From: Minisyncoccota bacterium | GTDB taxonomy: Bacteria > Patescibacteriota > Minisyncoccia > Phycocordibacterales > JABMNX01 | Direction of reading: 5' to 3' | Length of the DNA stretch: 64,000 nucleotides | Assembly (NCBI GenBank): GCA_965222715.1 | Contig: OZ244961.1 | Coordinates: 268,609-332,608, forward strand | Shown here: piece after piece, positions 49,354 through 58,770 of the stretch | How positions within the stretch are numbered: the stretch's first letter is position 1 | How the letters are laid out: every line of letters starts with the position of its first letter | Program-made: the position numbers and the translations under genes | The notes under the pieces: model-generated | Databases searched by the model: none | Seen by the model: the letters and a program-made list of their open reading frames with translations, nothing else | Told to the model about the DNA's origin: nothing

Positions 49354-50469
49354 CTACCCTTCTCGTTCTGGCTTAGGTACATCAAGCGCATCTACGTCTA
49401 TGGCTTCTCCAGTGATCCGATACACATCCTTATCAATCTTCCCAAGCTCTTTATACCCTGCTGTGTAGTGGTTTACTGTAGTGGTTAGTGAATTTCCAAG
49501 CTTCTTATAATACTCCTCGTAGCTCTTAAGGTGTCTCGAGAGGTCTTCAACCTGTTTACCGATCTGCTTTGCAGATTCTTCAATCTTAAAGGCTCGAAAA
49601 CCATAGAGTACTGACTGGAGATACGCAGCAAATGTGGTTGGTGAGACGATAATCACGTTTTTGTCCTTGTATGCATAATCAATGAGTGAACGGGTGTTTA
49701 CCTTAATAGAACCAACCTCGTTCACCAATAAATCATAGTAAATTGCTTCAGCGGGGATATACATAAACGCAAACGGGAGTGTTCCCTCTTTGGGACGAAT
49801 ATATTTTGCGGTCTCATCAATACGTTTCTTAAGATCATTTTTAAACTCTTTTTCAAGCTCAACACGCCGACCGTCGTCGCTCTCATCAACAAGCCGTCGA
49901 TAGTTATCTAGTGAAAACTTAGCATCAACAGGGATAATACCGTCTTTGGTAATCACCACCGCATCAACCGCGTCACCTCCAGGGAATTGGTACTGCATTT
50001 TGTATGATGACGCGGGAAGAATATTTTCAAGAGCAAGCTGGAGGGACGCTTCACCAAGATTCCCTCGTTGTTTTTGGTGCTTCAAAACTTTCTCAAGATT
50101 TTGGAGCTGTTCAGCAACCGTGAACACCTGTTTACTTGACTCACCAACCTCAGTCACTCCCCGAGTAACCTCTGTCATTTGTTTAGTTACCTGCTCATTT
50201 ATGTCTTTAATGAGACGCTGGGACTCTTGAAACTGAGTTCGCACCGACTCCCCCATTTGCTTATTAGTCTCTTCAAGTTTTCTATCGACAGTACTACGAA
50301 GTTCTTGAAGTTCTTTTTGCATCAAAAGCATTCCTTCACTGTTTTGAGGCTCTTCTTTCCCCTGCTTTCGAAAAATCATCCAAAGGACTACGCCATTAAG
50401 CAATATGATGATAACGAGTGCAAAAACAATAAGGCCGAGTTCATTCATGACACCTATTTTACCACTCAC
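49354..50469 (-). CDS. rmuC: DNA recombination protein RmuC
   Basis: N-terminal TM, long coiled coil, C-terminal RmuC nuclease-like domain (VDAKFSLDNY..., MYIPAEAIYYDL). Confidence 0.8.
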   Translation of the reverse strand: MSGKIGVMNELGLIVFALVIIILLNGVVLWMIFRKQGKEEPQNSEGMLLMQKELQELRSTVDRKLEETNKQMGESVRTQFQESQRLIKDINEQVTKQMTEVTRGVTEVGESSKQVFTVAEQLQNLEKVLKHQKQRGNLGEASLQLALENILPASSYKMQYQFPGGDAVDAVVITKDGIIPVDAKFSLDNYRRLVDESDDGRRVELEKEFKNDLKKRIDETAKYIRPKEGTLPFAFMYIPAEAIYYDLLVNEVGSIKVNTRSLIDYAYKDKNVIIVSPTTFAAYLQSVLYGFRAFKIEESAKQIGKQVEDLSRHLKSYEEYYKKLGNSLTTTVNHYTAGYKELGKIDKDVYRITGEAIDVDALDVPKPEREG

Positions 50470-50476
50470 CTACTAC

Positions 50477-53158
50477 TTACGCACTCTTTCTCTCAAAAAT
50501 AAAGTATTTCACTATTTCTATAACAAAGAGGTTGAAGAGTCCTATTCCACCAAGCACGATCCATTCAAGTGGAGTCAGTGTAGTAAGAGAAAGTAGGGTT
50601 CGTAGCGGTGGTAAGGTTACTGCACCAATGAGGAGCACCACACTCACGAAGAGTGCGCCAAACAGATATCGATTATCAAAAACTGGAATCCTCCACAGAG
50701 GTCGATGCAAACTCTTAAATGAGAATGCAAAGAAGATGGAGTCTAGAGAAAGAGCAACAAACATTATGGTGCGTATCTCTTCAATAGGTAAATCTAGTGC
50801 AAGGAGAATAAAGTAGAGTGCAATTAAAAAGACACCAGTAACGATACTAATGATGGCAATAAGTTTTTTAATCTGTGTGGTAAGTATTCTTTTTGAAAGA
50901 CTGTCTCGTGGGTCGCGCTTCATAACACCCTTCTCTGCACCCTCAAAGGCAAATGAGAAACTCATAAACCCTTCTTCAACAATATTCGCCCAGAGAATTT
51001 GCCCTGGTAACAATGGTAGTGGCGCACCAACAGAAAGTGCACTGCCTATAAGGATGATTTCACTAAAGCTTGTTGAAATAAGATAGGACGCAATTTTCTT
51101 TAAGTTATCAATAATACGCCTACCCTCTCGAATTGCTGCAGTGATGATTGAGAAGCTATTGTTAAGCAACACAATATCACTGGCTGCTTTTGCTACTTCA
51201 GTTCCACTTCCTACCGCAACACCAATATCGGCACTCTGGAGTGCTGGTGCGTCATTCACCCCATCACCCGTCATTGCAACCACCTCACCATTATCTTTTA
51301 ATACTCGAGCAAGATGTAGTTTTTGGCTCGGAAGCACTCGAGCAAAAACTGGTGTAGTCATAAGTTTTTTGTATAACTCTTGATCGCTAAGATTTTCTAT
51401 ATCACTTCCAACACACACAAAGTCTTTTTCAGTAGCAATACCTGTCTCCACAGCAACATGTTTTGCTGTCTTTGGGTTATCGCCAGTCACCATAACCACC
51501 CGAATACCTGCGTCCTGTGCTGTAGTAATAGATGCAGCGACATTCTCGCGCACTGGATCAGCAAATACCACAAGCCCAAGAAATGTAATGTGTTCAAGTA
51601 ATTCTTTTGTATCATCCGTAGGAACTGTGTTAAATCCCACTTCCCGAGACGCAATAGCGATAACCCGAAATCCTTTCTCGCTCATGTCATTTTGACGTCG
51701 AGAGAACATTTTGCGCATCTCCTCTGTAAAGGAAACAGAGCGTCCGTTGTGAAGCACGTATTGTGCTTTCTCTAGAAGCATCTCAGGGACTCCACCGATA
51801 TAGAGCATATTTTTTGTAGAGTCTTGTGGTGAGTGAAGTGACGCACCAAACCGTCGATCTGACTCAAACTGTAAGAAATCAATACGCGGCTCATCATGAA
51901 AAAGACTTTCTTGTATAACCCCTGTATCAATACCGAGTGAGACAAGCGCTTTCCCCATAGGACGGCCTTGTATTACTATTTGCTCTTCTCCATCTTCAGT
52001 TACTTTCTTTTCAAGAAATGCTTCAGTTGTTGAAATCGCAGCAGAAAGTAGCTCCTGATTATCTCCTTCGGCTTCTGTGTTCCTACTTTCTATGCCTTGA
52101 AGGGAGTACAGACCTGCCACCTGCATATTTGCCTCGGTTAACGTACCTGTTTTATCAGTGAGAATAATTGTGGCTGAACCAAGTGTCTCAGCGGCGACAA
52201 GATTTCGTACTAATCCGCCCTTCTTAAGAATAGACTCCATACCAATAGCAAGCACAATGGTAACCGCTGCGGGTAGTCCTGTTGGCATCGCAGCAACAGC
52301 AACAGCGATTGAAACAAGGAGCATTTCTGAAATACTCTCACCGTTGAGTAAACCGAGTATAAAAATAGCAACAACAGCAACTAAAATAACGTAAACTAGG
52401 AAGCGAGCAATTTGGGCAACACTCTTTTGAAGTGGTGTTGCTCGCTCATCAACAAACTGTAGCTCAGTAGCAATAGCACCCATCTGAGTTCTCTCACCAA
52501 CCGCAACCACTACCCCACTACCGTACCCAGTTGATACGAGTGTCCCCATCCAGGCCATATTTGAACGCTCAGCAAGCGGCGTACTTTCCCCCTTCTCTTC
52601 GTCAGCATGTTTACTCACTGCTAGCCACTCTCCAGTGAGTATTGCTTCATTTATTGAAAGATTTTTACTGCTAATGAGGCGAAGATCAGCTGGTACATAC
52701 TCACCTCCCTCAAGTAAAACAATATCGCCAACAACTAACTCTTCAACAGGGATAATTTCCCGTTTTCCATTCCTCAGTACTGTTGCAAACTTCTCTTGAG
52801 ATTTATTTAATTTTTCAAATGCTTGTGATGCACGACCTTCTTGTATAGTACCAATAAGCACATTGATGAGAAGTGCAACAAATATCACTAGCATGTCGAG
52901 ATACTCTCGAAGTAGTAATGTGGCTACACCAGCAGCAAATAAGATAAGTACCAGCGGGCTTTTAAATTGTTTAGCAACAGAACTAAATACTCCAAAACCC
53001 TGCTTTTTTTCAAGCACGTTTTCGCCGTATGTATCCCTTCGATCTTGAATTTCTTCAGAAGAAAGGCCGTTATCTTTTATTACCCCAAGAAATTCAAGAG
53101 TTTCTGACACATGCTCTGTGTGCCAGTGTATATTTTCAATAGACGTTGTTTTTTGCAT
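50477..53158 (-). CDS. cation-translocating P-type ATPase (P2-type, Ca2+/Mg2+-like)
   Basis: ILTDKTGTLT phosphorylation site, TGDN, GDGVNDAPAL, ten TM. 893 aa. Confidence 0.93.
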   Translation of the reverse strand: MQKTTSIENIHWHTEHVSETLEFLGVIKDNGLSSEEIQDRRDTYGENVLEKKQGFGVFSSVAKQFKSPLVLILFAAGVATLLLREYLDMLVIFVALLINVLIGTIQEGRASQAFEKLNKSQEKFATVLRNGKREIIPVEELVVGDIVLLEGGEYVPADLRLISSKNLSINEAILTGEWLAVSKHADEEKGESTPLAERSNMAWMGTLVSTGYGSGVVVAVGERTQMGAIATELQFVDERATPLQKSVAQIARFLVYVILVAVVAIFILGLLNGESISEMLLVSIAVAVAAMPTGLPAAVTIVLAIGMESILKKGGLVRNLVAAETLGSATIILTDKTGTLTEANMQVAGLYSLQGIESRNTEAEGDNQELLSAAISTTEAFLEKKVTEDGEEQIVIQGRPMGKALVSLGIDTGVIQESLFHDEPRIDFLQFESDRRFGASLHSPQDSTKNMLYIGGVPEMLLEKAQYVLHNGRSVSFTEEMRKMFSRRQNDMSEKGFRVIAIASREVGFNTVPTDDTKELLEHITFLGLVVFADPVRENVAASITTAQDAGIRVVMVTGDNPKTAKHVAVETGIATEKDFVCVGSDIENLSDQELYKKLMTTPVFARVLPSQKLHLARVLKDNGEVVAMTGDGVNDAPALQSADIGVAVGSGTEVAKAASDIVLLNNSFSIITAAIREGRRIIDNLKKIASYLISTSFSEIILIGSALSVGAPLPLLPGQILWANIVEEGFMSFSFAFEGAEKGVMKRDPRDSLSKRILTTQIKKLIAIISIVTGVFLIALYFILLALDLPIEEIRTIMFVALSLDSIFFAFSFKSLHRPLWRIPVFDNRYLFGALFVSVVLLIGAVTLPPLRTLLSLTTLTPLEWIVLGGIGLFNLFVIEIVKYFIFERKSA

Positions 53159-53248
53159 TTTAGTGCATTATATCCTGACATAGCCTGAGTTACTAAAGTT
53201 CTTGTGCCCATTTCTATTTTTCTTTGCATACCGTATACTGCATACCAT

Positions 53249-53698
53249 ATGTTACATGATGAAATTCGCAGTCAATTAACTACTGCAATGAAAGCAAAAG
53301 ATGCGCTACGACTACGTATTGTCCGTGGGCTACTCACTGCATTTACTAACGAACTTGTTGCGCAAAAAAGAAAGCCTGATGAGAAACTCTCTGATGAGGA
53401 AGCGCTTACTGTTATCAAACGCGCAGTCAAACAGCGTGAAGATTCTATTGAACAGTTTGAAAAAGGTGGACGAGAAGAATTAGCACAAAACGAACGAGAT
53501 GAACTTGAGGTCCTCAAAGCCTACTTACCTGAGACAATGAGTAAAGAGGAAATACAAAAAGTTGCCATGGCTAAGAAAGCAGAGCTTGGTATAGAGGATA
53601 AAAGTAAAATGGGTGTACTCATGGGTGTGGTAATGAAAGAACTCAAAGGAGAAGCCGATGGTAAAGACGTAAAAGAAGTCGTGGAATCACTTTTTTAA
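53249..53698 (+). CDS. yqeY: GatB/YqeY domain protein
   Basis: Full-length match to the YqeY helical domain pattern (LTAAMKAKD..RLRIVRGLL.. ... GVVMKELKG). Internal ATG 53249. Confidence 0.75.
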   Translation: MLHDEIRSQLTTAMKAKDALRLRIVRGLLTAFTNELVAQKRKPDEKLSDEEALTVIKRAVKQREDSIEQFEKGGREELAQNERDELEVLKAYLPETMSKEEIQKVAMAKKAELGIEDKSKMGVLMGVVMKELKGEADGKDVKEVVESLF

Positions 53699-53761
53699 AC
53701 ACTATTACAAACACCAAGACTGCCTTGGGCGTTTAGATGGCTCAAGAAAGCGACTAGAGAA

Positions 53762-53792
53762 AAAACGCCAAAAGCACTCTTGGCGTTTTTCC
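53762..53792 (+). terminator. rho-independent terminator (copy of the 252-282 hairpin)
   Basis: AACGCCAAAAG-CAC-TCTTGGCGTTTTT. Confidence 0.6.
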
Positions 53793-53916
53793 TTAGGTCT
53801 TTTCTCGGTAAGCATGTTGACAAAATATACTTTTATGATACTATCAACTACTAGAAAAAGCATGTATAACACATCCCAGGGAGCGTCAACCCGAAACAAA
53901 ATAAGGAGACGCTTCA

Positions 53917-54273
53917 GTGACTGACCAAAACAAACGTGTTGGGTACCTGGTATTCCCCCAAACAGTGCGAGATATGAGCACCCTCGTTGGTGCCATTCTC
54001 TCACACGAGTTTGTGGGAAATCACCTAACCATCCACCAGGTCAAAGAAATAACCGATTCACTTCGGGGTATTGCCGAGTTTGAGATCGATGGTTCACACC
54101 AAGAATTTCTTATTCGGCAACAGGTTCCCGGCGCATGCGCCGAAAGGAGGGCGCGGGAACTGGGAAGGATACTTCGGAATGCAGGGATTCCTCTCATGGA
54201 AACTCCCCTGCCGTCTGAAGATGATGTCAAACAAGTTCTTAAATCTCAATGGAGGATGAGCCATGGAGAATGA
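53917..54273 (+). CDS. hypothetical protein in GC-rich cassette (118 aa)
   Basis: GTG start with AAGGAG RBS 7 nt upstream. About 50% GC. No motif. Confidence 0.4.
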   Translation: MTDQNKRVGYLVFPQTVRDMSTLVGAILSHEFVGNHLTIHQVKEITDSLRGIAEFEIDGSHQEFLIRQQVPGACAERRARELGRILRNAGIPLMETPLPSEDDVKQVLKSQWRMSHGE

Positions 54274-54433
54274 CAGAAGAGAGGAGGGTACAAAACAGCC
54301 AACCAAGCTTACCTTCAAAGAGGGCACTCGTGCCTACGAAGAAGCGCAACACCTCCTCGACGAAGACGAACCGTCCGAGAGCGATGATGTAAAGGTTGTC
54401 GGGCAGCCGAAGCACTACAAACTTCGTACCTGA
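54263..54433 (+). CDS. hypothetical small acidic protein (56 aa), overlapping the upstream ORF
   Basis: ATG inside ATGAGCCATGGAGAATGA (11-nt overlap). Sequence MENDRREEGTKQPTKLTFKEGTRAYEEAQHLLDEDEPSESDDVKVVGQPKHYKLRT. Under 60 aa, so absent from the ORF track. Confidence 0.3.
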   Translation: MENDRREEGTKQPTKLTFKEGTRAYEEAQHLLDEDEPSESDDVKVVGQPKHYKLRT

Positions 54434-54442
54434 ACATGAATC

Positions 54443-54479
54443 AAACCGGGAGGCGTCATACGACGCTCCCGGTTTTTAC
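54443..54479 (+). terminator. strong rho-independent terminator
   Basis: AAACCGGGAGGCGTC-atac-GACGCTCCCGGTTTTTAC. Confidence 0.7.
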
Positions 54480-54506
54480 TTTTCCCCACCGTATTGTAGT
54501 ACTATA

Positions 54507-54536
54507 TTGACAATAAGTATATTTATGTAGTATAAT
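54507..54536 (+). promoter_or_regulatory. near-consensus sigma70 promoter
   Basis: TTGACA - 18 nt - TATAAT, 36 nt upstream of the ATG at 54573. Confidence 0.55.
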
Positions 54537-54572
54537 AAATATTGAAGAGTTCTTTAGAAAGAGAGGTTAGCT

Positions 54573-55016
54573 ATGTCTAAAGACATAACTGCCTCTGTTG
54601 AGGCAGGAGAAATTAAGGACGATCGCTGTCACGTGCGCACTGGCCGAGGTGTAACGCTTATCTTTATGGATACACCGAAAGGTGTCCGAAAAGTTGCGAC
54701 AGAAGCTGAACCAGGGTGTTCTTCTTTTGTACCCGGGTATGTGTTCAATGAGGCACGTCGACAGGCAGCGTGCGCTTTCCAGTCATCAACAAACCAAGAT
54801 GAGCGAGGACTAATTCTTCACACTGACCTTCAAATTCTGCAGATATACATAGGAGAAAAAAAGAGAAATCGAACAAAGAAGACCGTCCTTGCCTCGTGGC
54901 TTGTAGAAAATGGTATTTGGACCATCGGACGAGAGCGTCATATGCTCCAATTACTGGACCCTGAAAGCCCAAAAGTAAAAGAGGTGGCTCAAAAAAGCCA
55001 ACCCCTCTTAATCTAG
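54573..55016 (+). CDS. hypothetical protein in GC-rich cassette (147 aa)
   Basis: RBS AAGAGAGG, and the consensus promoter above. No motif. Confidence 0.4.
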   Translation: MSKDITASVEAGEIKDDRCHVRTGRGVTLIFMDTPKGVRKVATEAEPGCSSFVPGYVFNEARRQAACAFQSSTNQDERGLILHTDLQILQIYIGEKKRNRTKKTVLASWLVENGIWTIGRERHMLQLLDPESPKVKEVAQKSQPLLI

Positions 55017-55042
55017 GCGACCGCACACCAAGAGTGTAGCGG
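55007..55042. terminator. bidirectional terminator
   Basis: CGACCGC-acaccaagagtgta-GCGGTCG then TTTTTC. Also lies downstream of the CaCA gene stop. Confidence 0.55.
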
Positions 55043-55053
55043 TCGTTTTTCTT

Positions 55054-56016
55054 TTATATATTAGTAGTGAGTATAAAGAAGAGATAGATACTATACCCAA
55101 GTATAAGTAGTAATCCCTCTCGACGAGAGAGGACTCCCGGCTTCCCTACAAACAAAATAAGAATAGCTGCAAGTATTGATACACATACTGCAACAAGCGT
55201 ATCAATTTGGACACTTGTTAATACAGGAAGAGGTTTAAGTATCCCGGTTATACCAAGGATCCCTAAAAAGCCAAACACATTTGATCCAATAACATTTCCA
55301 ACAGCAATACCTTTGTGACCTTTTACAAGAGCTACAAGTGAAACAGTAAGTTCTGGTAATGACGTACCAACACCAATAAGAGTGAGACCGATAACAGCAG
55401 GTGGTACATTAAAGAGCGTAGCGATAGTCTCAGCACCTGAAACTACCCACCCACCACCAATAAAAACCCCAATAATACCAGCAAGAATCATGATGACTGA
55501 GCTTGTGGTGGTAAAAATTTGATAATCAACCCCATCATCTTCAACCACCTTCCTTCTGAGCATGAATATAAACCACACAATAAAAAGAGCCGTGAGTAGT
55601 ATCCCTTCAAGACGAGTAATACCATTAAAATCACTACCTCCAAGTAATGGAAAGAGAACGACAAGCGCCGCAATAGATACGGCGCTTATATTTATAAAAA
55701 TATCTTTATACCACTCTCGACGAACATAAATTGGTGAGAAAAATGCAACCAACCCAAGAATCATGAGGAGATTAAAGGTATTGCCACCAATAATTGCACC
55801 AAGACCAATGTTATTCCCCGCAAATGTTGAAGAGATGCTAATTGCAAGTTCGGGTATAGAAGTACCAATACCAACAATTGCAATACCTATCACCCACCCC
55901 GAGACTTTGAGTATTGAGGCAATTGAGACTGCCCCCCGCACCAACAGACGAGCACCTCCAACAAGTACAACAAATCCAATTATGAAGAGGAGTAGCGAGA
56001 GTACAGTTTCGTTCAT
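55054..56016 (-). CDS. CaCA-family Na+/Ca2+ (cation) exchanger, YrbG-like
   Basis: Two alpha-repeats with GTSIPELAIS and GTSLPELTVS. Ten TM. Confidence 0.85.
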   Translation of the reverse strand: MNETVLSLLLFIIGFVVLVGGARLLVRGAVSIASILKVSGWVIGIAIVGIGTSIPELAISISSTFAGNNIGLGAIIGGNTFNLLMILGLVAFFSPIYVRREWYKDIFINISAVSIAALVVLFPLLGGSDFNGITRLEGILLTALFIVWFIFMLRRKVVEDDGVDYQIFTTTSSVIMILAGIIGVFIGGGWVVSGAETIATLFNVPPAVIGLTLIGVGTSLPELTVSLVALVKGHKGIAVGNVIGSNVFGFLGILGITGILKPLPVLTSVQIDTLVAVCVSILAAILILFVGKPGVLSRREGLLLILGYSIYLFFILTTNI

Positions 56017-56035
56017 AGTATGTATACTACTCTAC

Positions 56036-56575
56036 TCACTGTATCGCGTCGATATTTTCTATAACAAAACGATATGGCGCATCAACCCACTCTCCCGCAT
56101 AATTAATACCGATTCGCGGAGTTCGTACAATATTCTTTTTTGTAATATCAACACCACGATCTTCCACCCACAAACCAGAGTCTTTCTGTAGTGATTTTGT
56201 ATTGAGTGCTTTAGTAATGTTAAGTGCCTTAGTTAAACGCCCAGGGCCAGATACTTCTTTCACCCCTCGAATTAATACAGCTGCGGGGTATTCTTTTTCT
56301 CCAGTAACAATATTAAGCATGTAGTGCATGCCGTAAGTGAGATATACGTAAATGTGACCACCTTCACGAAACATCACCTCATTTCGCTGTGTCTTTTTCT
56401 TGTGCGCGTGTGATGCCTTATCTTCAAACCCGTCGTACGCTTCAACTTCAGTAATCATATATGCATGTGTTTTCCCTCGATAGGTGCGCACTAAGAATTT
56501 CCCCAACAACTCTTCAGCAATAGTAAGTGTCGGTCGTATAAAAAATGACTTGGGAAGTATTTTTTTATCCTTCAT
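56036..56575 (-). CDS. DNA-3-methyladenine glycosylase (Mpg/AAG family)
   Basis: ITEVEAYDGFEDKASHAHKKKTQRNEVMF ... YVYLTYGMHYMLNIV ... AAVLIRG. ATG at 56575; the longer N-terminal extension is rejected. Confidence 0.8.
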   Translation of the reverse strand: MKDKKILPKSFFIRPTLTIAEELLGKFLVRTYRGKTHAYMITEVEAYDGFEDKASHAHKKKTQRNEVMFREGGHIYVYLTYGMHYMLNIVTGEKEYPAAVLIRGVKEVSGPGRLTKALNITKALNTKSLQKDSGLWVEDRGVDITKKNIVRTPRIGINYAGEWVDAPYRFVIENIDAIQ

Positions 56576-56625
56576 AAAAAGCCTTGTTGTGTAATTATAC
56601 ATTTTTATACAAACCTCACATGTAA

Positions 56626-56641
56626 CCCTACGGGGAATCGG
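56626..56641. repeat. 16-nt direct repeat of the tRNA-Glu 3' end (att-like)
   Basis: ACCCTACGGGGAATCG at 56626-56641 is identical to 56801-56816, which lies inside the tRNA. An additional CCCCGATT context is shared. Confidence 0.55.
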
Positions 56642-56760
56642 GGTCAAGTTGCTAAACTCGCATTGCTCGTTAAGCACTTCCTCCCCGAACTCCTTCGGCT
56701 TCGCCTCAGTCCGCTTTTCGATTCTCTCCACAGGAGATCATGAGTGGGCCTACGAAAATA

Positions 56761-56788
56761 CCTCCAAGTCTTTGCTTGGAGGTATTTT
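56761..56788. terminator. hairpin terminator immediately downstream of tRNA-Glu
   Basis: CCTCCAAG-tctttg-CTTGGAGG then TATTTT. Confidence 0.5.
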
Positions 56789-56798
56789 CCTAAACCCA

Positions 56799-56870
56799 TG
56801 ACCCTACGGGGAATCGAACCCCGATTTTAAGCTTGAGAAGCTTACGTCCTAACCGTTAGACGATAGGGCC
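56799..56870 (-). tRNA. tRNA-Glu (anticodon CUC), 72 nt, CCA not encoded
   Basis: Reverse complement folds as a cloverleaf. Acceptor stem GGCCCTA/TAGGGTC with discriminator A. D-arm GTCT/AACGGTTA/GGAC. Anticodon arm TAAGC-TTCTCAA-GCTTA. T-arm CGGGG-TTCGATT-CCCCG. Confidence 0.85.
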
Positions 56871-56983
56871 GCACTGTTGTAAACACAAGGGATTATAACG
56901 AGTAACGCACTTTAAAACAAGTTTGTAAGATGTAAGAAAAAAGAGAAAGCGCACCATCTCAGATGCGCTCAGTTATGTTGCTG

Positions 56984-57370
56984 TTATTGCTTTCGGCAAG
57001 CTTCCTTGCGTACGATTTTGTTTCCGTCTCGAAGAGAGGTTTCGGTGTCTGCTCCCTCCCGCCCCCACTGAACGTACCAGTGCGGACTATTGGTACCACA
57101 CCGATATGCAACAGCGGGAAATATTCGTTCCCCAGGAAGTCTCATTTCAATACGAAGAATCTTGTTGTGCATTTCGGTAATCAAGACGACCACCTCCTGA
57201 CTTACAAGAAACATCGAGACATTGAAAGAAATCCCTTGCTCGAGAGCTGTCTTCTCGAAAGAATAGGGCTGGTCGCCGATAGCGAAGGTGACCGTTTCAC
57301 TCGCTGAAGCACTTTGGGCGCTTACAGCAAGAGGAAACGAGAGAATGAAGATGAGTATTAAGACTCTCAT
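56984..57370 (-). CDS. hypothetical secreted protein (128 aa), GC-rich
   Basis: Classic signal peptide MRVLILIFILSFPLAVSAQSA. Same orientation as neighbours. Sits between murF and tRNA-Glu. Confidence 0.45.
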   Translation of the reverse strand: MRVLILIFILSFPLAVSAQSASASETVTFAIGDQPYSFEKTALEQGISFNVSMFLVSQEVVVLITEMHNKILRIEMRLPGERIFPAVAYRCGTNSPHWYVQWGREGADTETSLRDGNKIVRKEACRKQ

Positions 57371-57478
57371 GAAAACACTCCATACCTAGAAACAAGTTCT
57401 TACTTTCTTCTAAACTTATTAAAACACTTTATATGTATTAAGTCAATACATTCCAATCGTATAGGAACTACAGAAATA

Positions 57479-58762
57479 TCATTTTCTGCGTAACCACTCT
57501 CTATCTTGTCGCACTAAAAGCTCGTGGGCATCCTCAGGTTGCGCCATCGCCTCTTTTACCACCCTTTCCATACGCATAGATTGTGAACCTTTTACTAGAG
57601 CAACGTCACCCTTTTCAAGTATTTCACGCAATTTTTCTCCAGCGCTTGTTGAGTTCTCAAAATGGAAACAGTTGCGCTCTTCTATCCCCGCTTCAATTGC
57701 TGATTCTCTCACTCCTCGAGCTCGTACACCGACAGTAATAAGTCGATCAGCACTTTCTGCAACCTGCTTTCCAGCAGCACGATGTGCCTCAATTGAATGC
57801 ACTCCAAGCTCCATCATGTCACCAATAACTGCAAACTTTCTTCCAGACACTGAAATGTCTTTCAACACAGTGAGGGCACTAGTGAGTGCTGCTGGTGATG
57901 AATTATAGGTATCATCAATAATAACTGAACGACGCACTCCTCCAATTATCTTCATACGCCCCAAAGGGGTTTTGTGTTCCCCAAAAGCTTCTGCCATAGT
58001 AGCCATATCAAGACCAAGAGAGCCTCCAACAGCAAACGCTGCCAATGCTGGATAAATGTGCTGACGACCGAGTGCACCTTTAATAGCAAGTGGCACACTG
58101 CTACCTCGTGAGTTTATACGAAAGCTTGTCTGGCGATTTTCAAGATTGGCAGCATCGTGAGACGCCTGATACGTTGCTCCCTCAGTAAAACCAAAGGTTG
58201 TTGCAGTGTGCCGGTATTTTTGTTTTAAACTTCTGGTCTTTTCCTCATCATAGTTGAGTATTAATGTCCCCTCAGGTTTTAACGCTTGTACTAAGGCTTC
58301 TTTTTCTTCGACAACCTCTTCAACTGAATCAAAAAACTCAATATGTACGGGCACATCAGGTAATGAGGTAACTACCACAACATCTGGTTTAAGCCATTCA
58401 GTAATTGCACGTATGTCTCCTGGCCTATCAGCACCCACTTCAAGCACTAACCATTTTGGGTAATGGTTTTTGAGAATAATAAGCAGTAAACCTTCAATAA
58501 TATTCTTTACCCACAAAAAGGGGTTATTCCACGCGTTGTTGCACCCAAGAATAGTAAGCGGTACTCCAATTTCACTATTAAAACTTTTTTCACTTCTCCG
58601 TACAAAAAAACGTTTACTGATGACTGTAAAAATTGCGTCTTTTGTTGATGTCTTTCCTACATTACCAGTTATTGCGATAATCTTTGGTTTATATTTCTTT
58701 AAAACAAGTACTGCTTCCCATTGAATAATGGCGATGACTATTTTTTTAATAAATGATTTCAT
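57479..58762 (-). CDS. murF: UDP-N-acetylmuramoyl-tripeptide--D-alanyl-D-alanine ligase
   Basis: ITGNVGKTSTK (P-loop), NSEIGVPLT, Mur ligase C-terminal domain. Confidence 0.9.
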   Translation of the reverse strand: MKSFIKKIVIAIIQWEAVLVLKKYKPKIIAITGNVGKTSTKDAIFTVISKRFFVRRSEKSFNSEIGVPLTILGCNNAWNNPFLWVKNIIEGLLLIILKNHYPKWLVLEVGADRPGDIRAITEWLKPDVVVVTSLPDVPVHIEFFDSVEEVVEEKEALVQALKPEGTLILNYDEEKTRSLKQKYRHTATTFGFTEGATYQASHDAANLENRQTSFRINSRGSSVPLAIKGALGRQHIYPALAAFAVGGSLGLDMATMAEAFGEHKTPLGRMKIIGGVRRSVIIDDTYNSSPAALTSALTVLKDISVSGRKFAVIGDMMELGVHSIEAHRAAGKQVAESADRLITVGVRARGVRESAIEAGIEERNCFHFENSTSAGEKLREILEKGDVALVKGSQSMRMERVVKEAMAQPEDAHELLVRQDREWLRRK

Positions 58763-58770
58763 ACAGTAAA

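Noticed and set aside
53705-54004. 99-aa - strand ORF across the yqeY-cassette intergenic region
   Set aside because: It spans a terminator and promoter region, has no RBS, and overlaps the RBS-supported + strand GTG-start gene.
56600-56700. Possible second tRNA next to tRNA-Glu
   Set aside because: Only the 3' 16-24 nt resemble a tRNA. No D-arm, anticodon arm or complete T-arm can be formed. Interpreted as a repeat fragment instead.
56576-56731. N-terminal extension of the 3-methyladenine glycosylase ORF
   Set aside because: The extension covers the att-like repeat and non-coding GC hairpins. The conserved Mpg N-terminus starts at the internal ATG 56575.
56963-57307. 114-aa + strand ORF opposite the secreted-protein gene
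   Set aside because: The - strand alternative has a canonical signal peptide and matches neighbour orientation.
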